Below, one piece after another: positions 62,302-64,000 of a stretch of 64,000 bases of DNA. The stretch lies in assembly GCA_002269645.1 (NCBI GenBank), contig NIVC01003288.1, positions 29,517 through 93,516 of the forward strand, in the 5' to 3' direction. Each line of letters begins with the position of its first letter. The stretch's first letter is position 1. The position numbers and the translations under genes are program-made. The notes under the pieces are model-generated. The model ran no database searches. It had not been told where the DNA came from and was given only the letters and a program-made list of their open reading frames with translations. Source of the stretch: Macrostomum lignano. Lineage: Eukaryota.

Positions 62302-63470
62302 TCAACCTTTTTTAGCAACTTGAGCCAAAAAGTCGTTTCTAACCCACAGTCCGTCCCATTCGCTGAATGTAGAGATGTTCTTAATTTTGAAGCTCTTCAT
62401 GGACAGCAGGGAGAAGTTTCTCGAGGTCATGAAGCGCGTCACAAACTCGTAATTTTTGGACAATTGCGGTCTGTTACTGAGTTTTTTCCGCCAGAACTCC
62501 ATCTGCAGCGCCATGATGTTGAGCTCTCTAAACAGCTTCTCGCCATTCTTCATGAACAGGTGCTCGCCGGACTCGATGTCCATCTTGATGACCACATTCT
62601 TGGTGCCGATGTGCGCTCGAAGCTCGTCCGCTTTGACAGTGGTCACAGGAACCGTGTCCTCGATTAACTTCGTGACCTGCCGTTTCCAGTCAGCCAATCC
62701 GCCTGAGCCGCTTCCAGCGTTGCAATCCATGCCGTCAGCGTCCCAACTGATCCGCTTGAGCGCCACATCGTCACTGATGAAGCCCCAGAAAAGCTTCAGC
62801 TTGTCGTCAAGCAAGTTCAGCCGCTTCGCTGACATTTGCAGCCTGACCAGTACGCGAATGTTAGCATCGATGGCCACCACGGGATACCCGAGCTCTCTGG
62901 CTTGCAGGCTGTAGATGCTAAGGTTGCTGCCGATATCGAGGAACGTCGCAGAGTTTGTCGGAAACTTCTTTAACAGGTCGAGCATCGTATGAATTGCGCT
63001 ACTTTCCCATTTATTGTATCTTAGAATTAGTCCGGAAATCATGTCCTCCTTGCCGAAGGTGACTATCGGCATTAAAGGGCCGCCCATCGCTCGGGTCACA
63101 TTGGCCAGAGGAGACCCTTGTCTGACAATGGTGTACAACTGCTGCGGTAAGTTCCTGTTCAGCTCGCACAGGGGAAACTTGCCCCTGACTAACTGGTAGG
63201 CCGGCGTCTCCTGACATAGTCGGTGCTTCAGGCTGGGGTTCGTGAAGTCGACATTGCGGAGCTCGTTGAATGGAGGACAGTTCTTTTATCATTTTGACAT
63301 CGCTCAGCGTTGGCAGCGACTCTTCGGCGGTCAGGCTTTTGCTTCCAATGAGATTTAGTTTTGAAGCGGTCAATATTTTGGACCGATAGGTATAGGACTC
63401 CGAAGCGGTGCATTTTTGTTTCCGGGAGACGAAATACGTGACAGTGATTAGCGTAATCGATGGGCATGCC
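62302..63470 (-). CDS. FkbM-family (class I SAM-dependent) methyltransferase-like protein, apparently intronless; 5' end frameshifted and uncertain
   Basis: FLDIGSNLSIYSL..VVAIDAN and VIKMDIES.E..ELNIMALQMEF match the FkbM pattern. The frame is open from about 63290, with a -1 shift at an A-run upstream. Confidence 0.8.
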
Positions 63471-64000
63471 ACAAGAAATAAGTGTATATTTTTTGCATTC
63501 TGTCACTTCAACATTTTTTGCTTTAAATTTGTTTCAAATTTCTCTATCTGCTTACGGTGATGTAGAATTTTATACAGAATTGTATTATTCATTGTATACA
63601 ATAGTGTTGTCTGTCTATCCGAATGTAAAAGCTTTGCTCCGTGCAGATTCTTTGAGCTACTGCGGAACAATGCAGCGCATAACTTACCAAAGTTGTTTCG
63701 AAGGTAGAAAATTGGTAGCGCTGGAAATGTGCACTGTGAAGAGGGACAGACCGATGGAGCCTCTGCTGTAAACGCGTCTGACTGTCCCACCCCACCCCCC
63801 TTTCGGTTCGATTTTGTGCGCCGCGGCATTATTAATTTGGGGTATGTGCTCAAAAATTTGGCAGGGGGGGGGGGGTTGTCGTGCCACTCACACCTACTGG
63901 GGGCCAACCCTAAGGCACAGAGCTCGTCTGGGCTACTAGAAAGTTAGGGCACTTTGTGAGAGCGTGCCTGCATACAATAACCGCGCGCTTGAATCAGACT

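Overview
This is eukaryotic (animal) genomic DNA, not prokaryotic: it has short GT-AG introns, GC-rich exons, and many micro- and minisatellites. The style suggests an invertebrate, plausibly a free-living flatworm such as Macrostomum (inference only). Left to right it carries a coiled-coil ORF; two tandem 3-exon ABCA full transporters (minus); a C-type lectin + PAN/apple gene; a solo LTR; two head-to-head CUB-LDLa-LDLa-trypsin protease genes; a rhodopsin-class GPCR; a gene-poor stretch with a CORE-like SINE, a long hairpin and a Harbinger-type MITE; a neuropeptide-like precursor; a spliced cystine-knot peptide gene absent from the ORF track; a 4-exon orphan gene; a probable single-pass membrane protein; a secreted Arg/Lys- and Cys-rich repeat protein with a hemicentin-type VWA domain; and an FkbM-type methyltransferase. 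The most striking observations are: the protease pair shares a 723-bp catalytic exon segment with one mismatch while the N-terminal modules and UTRs have diverged; the hidden knottin; the polycationic VWA protein; and about 15 frameshifts that are all single-base deletions, most likely long-read consensus errors. All alignments were done by eye and no database searches were run.
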